A stretch of 50,045 nt of DNA, the filler included, from Catajapyx aquilonaris (lineage: Eukaryota): the NCBI GenBank assembly GCA_000934665.2. It is 2 parts of 2 records of this genome, joined end to end, with 100 filler letters (N's around TTAATTAATTAA, not from the genome) between each part and the next. Parts side by side here need not be neighbours in the genome. Positions count along the whole stretch, not along the records: positions 25,081 to 50,045 come from JYFJ02005434.1; 1 more part is not named here. One strand, given 5' to 3'. Under the pieces are notes generated by a model. That model had not been told where the DNA came from. It made no database searches and worked only from the letters and a program-made list of their open reading frames with translations. The translations under genes were made by a program, and so were the position numbers. Positions 47,350 to 50,045 of the stretch are shown in pieces. Position 1 is the stretch's first letter, and every line of letters begins with the position of its first letter.

Positions 47350-47700
47350 CCCGTTTATAACCACAAGAAAGGCTCTAACTCCCTTCACTCTTCGTTGGTG
47401 GCTTCTCCTTTTCCATTCAGGCTTCATTCCTCCACTGCATATACACGATGTGACCAAGACACTTTTTCTCTCCCAAAAGTGCCAGTTGGATATAGATTCA
47501 GGTTTAATCCAGCAGCTTTGAGCTTTCTGACTACTTGGACTAGTCATTCGATATGGTCTTCCAGCGTCTTGGGGAATTTAATGTGTCGTCAGATGCTATA
47601 CAAGTAAATGCATTCATCGCATCCCGGTTCTTCGGGTTTGTTTGCCACTACCGCTCCCTGGATAACCCCGAATATCTCCCTCCACTTCTGATCCAGTTTT
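47350..47700 (-). mobile_element. Ty3/gypsy reverse transcriptase fragment
   Basis: SDDTL / KTLEDHIE*LVQVVRKLKAAGLNLN ... GMKPE ... VKGVRAFL follow the gypsy RT palm and thumb order. Confidence 0.75.
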
Positions 47701-48199
47701 TCAATCGATAGTTCTATGGCTGATTGGATCTTGCCAATCCGGGGGATCCAGTAGAGTCGTGATCTCGGTCAAAGTTGCCATCGGGACAAATGGCGCCACT
47801 TTCACTATCTCAACCCGGAGAACTCTAAAGTAGTCGACCGGTCTGCTTCTCGATCCGTTGCTGCAGCGTCGCTTCCATAGCACAGATGAACACTCGATCG
47901 ACTGGATTGGAACCGATCGTAGCGGATTGTGTCAATCACGATTATGGTCGGGTACAATATATACGTGACGGATTAAAGAGAAATACTCATGAACTGACAT
48001 CTACTGTTGGATCATTTCTCCATTTTCAACACTCATACCTCTCTTCTTGCATTTGAGCTCTTTTTCGCCCCTCTCACAGAGCTGAGCCATATACAGTATA
48101 GTATGTCTGGTAAGACGAGACAATTCAGCTGCTTCAGTTAAACAGGCACCAATCACAATTTTCCCCCCTCGTTACTTGTTTTGTTGTTGTTCCAGATTT

Positions 48200-49320
48200 G
48201 AACGTATTGGTATGACACTTGGCTCACTGTTATTCTTCTGCATTCGCTTCATTTTCAGGAATACCAGTGAGTGTAGCACATTAGCTCTTCATTCGTCCTT
48301 GGTCCTACTTCAGGAAAAAATTTAATCGGGTTGGTTTGTCTGGTTGTTCCACAGATTCTGAAAGTATCATAGGGCGTTTTTGCAACTATACATCGGTAGG
48401 TTGACGGACCTGTTTTGAGCAGTCTAGTGCAATTGTGCAAATGTACGAGTGTGTGTTTAACAAAGGAATTTACTACTCACTGTCAGTACTCAGTAGTAAA
48501 AAGAATTGATGTGCAAGAGTGTATTTTGATCTATTGTAATTTCTCTGTCACATGTCTGTCTTCCGAAGTGTACAATATATCGTATTTTCTCCGTGTGTGT
48601 CATACAGCAACATCACACAAAGTCGTGCAACGGTCGTGCTAACCGGTGCTAACGGTCGTGTAACGGTCGTGTTCAGGTTCTGGAGGCAAACTTGTAAGAA
48701 AGCTGATCAGGTGCCATTTTTGACGACACTTAACACTTGCAATTAGTGTTGATGGAGTGCTGAGCAAGTGGGATATCTGTATGTATAGGTGTCGACCTTC
48801 GTTTTCATTGTTGTACGTGTCGGGCTTGCTCTTTACTGCGACAGTATTCCGTGAAGGAAATGGTCCACTCAAAAATTGTCGCCACACATTTTTGTCTTTA
48901 TTTCCATCACTACCACTACCAATGACGTCGCATCATGTAGTTTACAGCCCCATACATGTGCATGCGTGGGTGTTGCAACTGTCATAGACACACTATTAGT
49001 ACGGGTCAATGGTAAATTAGCATGATGATTATTATAACTTTAATTTCAGTAGATAATTTTACTAGGCGAGTATCGATTCACCCTGTCGTATCGATATTTC
49101 CAACAGGCGTTCCAAAATGGCGGCGAGTCTTTTTTCGAAGATGAGTTCCGTGTCTTTTTTTGGCCCCTGGTTTCTCTCGTGATTTGAGCCCCATCCGGAT
49201 CTGGGATGGAGCCAGACGGTGGGGGAAGGAACACAGAAACGCCAGGTAATATTGCCCGTCTTTTTGAGTGGTACTGGATAATTTAGAGGGGAACCAGACG
49301 TGTTGAGCAAGCAACCCCTA
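48200..49320 (-). mobile_element. Degenerate retroviral-type integrase fragments
   Basis: VWRQFLSGPFPSRN resembles the D..GPFP motif; upstream CVP and downstream YR....KTPY segments are weaker support. Confidence 0.45.
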
Positions 49321-50045
49321 GGTGAAGTAAATGTGTGCAGCGGTCTAGAGGTGTTGAAAGGTTATTGATGCCCATAGAGGTGAGTGCCAATCAAAACAAA
49401 TTTATATTGATTTTTACCGCTTCTGTAAAATTTCTGAAATGGTTTATTCGCCCTTTCTCTTTATTATCTCGTTGACTCCTGGTTCCTTGCATTTTTTTGA
49501 AGGTATCTAATCAGAATCAGTGTCGTCCTGGGGCATATATTAACGAAATTAAAACCACTTTATATATTTCTGCCATTGTTGGGCCCAACAAGTTCCTCCC
49601 AGTGTGAAGTTCATAGTCGGTATCGTTTTTTAAGAACTACGTAAGCATGTGATATTAAGTTACATATTATGATCGAGCTGGTCGTATTACTTTTATCGGA
49701 CTGACGTAGCTTTCATATTTACGATATTTGATGTGCTTATGTTTATGGGAGTAAAAACTAAGAGGCTCATTGACAGCGAAAGATGGGGAACATTCTTTAC
49801 TATTATCTTTCAATTTTGGTCGCCTATTATTATCTAACCTTTGCTTCTTCTAACAGCCAGATAGCCTTAATTACTTTTACAGATGTATTTATTAAAATTT
49901 ATTATGGTGCAGCAGAGAGTGCCCCCAGATTAATTTGAAAAATATGTTCCTTCAAGCCATCCTACACTTGACATAGGAACATGGGGTGAAATTTTCGTCA
50001 CACTGCTAAGTTATTAGTAGTGCCATATTGCCACCACTGGTACTG

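Noticed and set aside
1..50045. CRISPR array or prokaryotic defence system
   Set aside because: No regularly spaced repeats with unique spacers and no operon-like ORFs; introns, SINEs and MITEs indicate animal nuclear DNA.

Overview
Eukaryotic genomic DNA, most likely arthropod (interstitial TTAGG repeats, tRNA-derived SINEs, GT-AG introns), with assembly gaps at about 2876-2946 and 24981-25080. The left half (about 7.7-24.5 kb, minus strand) holds the 3' part of a spliced FN3/transmembrane receptor gene resembling protogenin (DCC/neogenin family). Seven exons join in frame, and the introns are packed with nested non-autonomous DNA transposons, foldback palindromes and SINEs. Right of the second gap are a non-LTR retrotransposon ORF1 with a 2A-like 'GVEINPGP' motif and one intact exon of a BDH1/retinol-dehydrogenase-like SDR gene. 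The most unusual region is about 18 kb (26.7-35.5 kb and 40.8-44.5 kb) of co-oriented, decayed cell-death gene remnants: about ten BIR-like motifs, several RING-like motifs, a possible CARD, an intron-containing caspase lacking both catalytic motifs, and a SUMO-like domain lacking its di-glycine. Ty3/gypsy pol fragments lie among and beyond them. All domain calls come from manual translation and motif recognition, not database searches. No prokaryotic genes or CRISPR arrays were seen.
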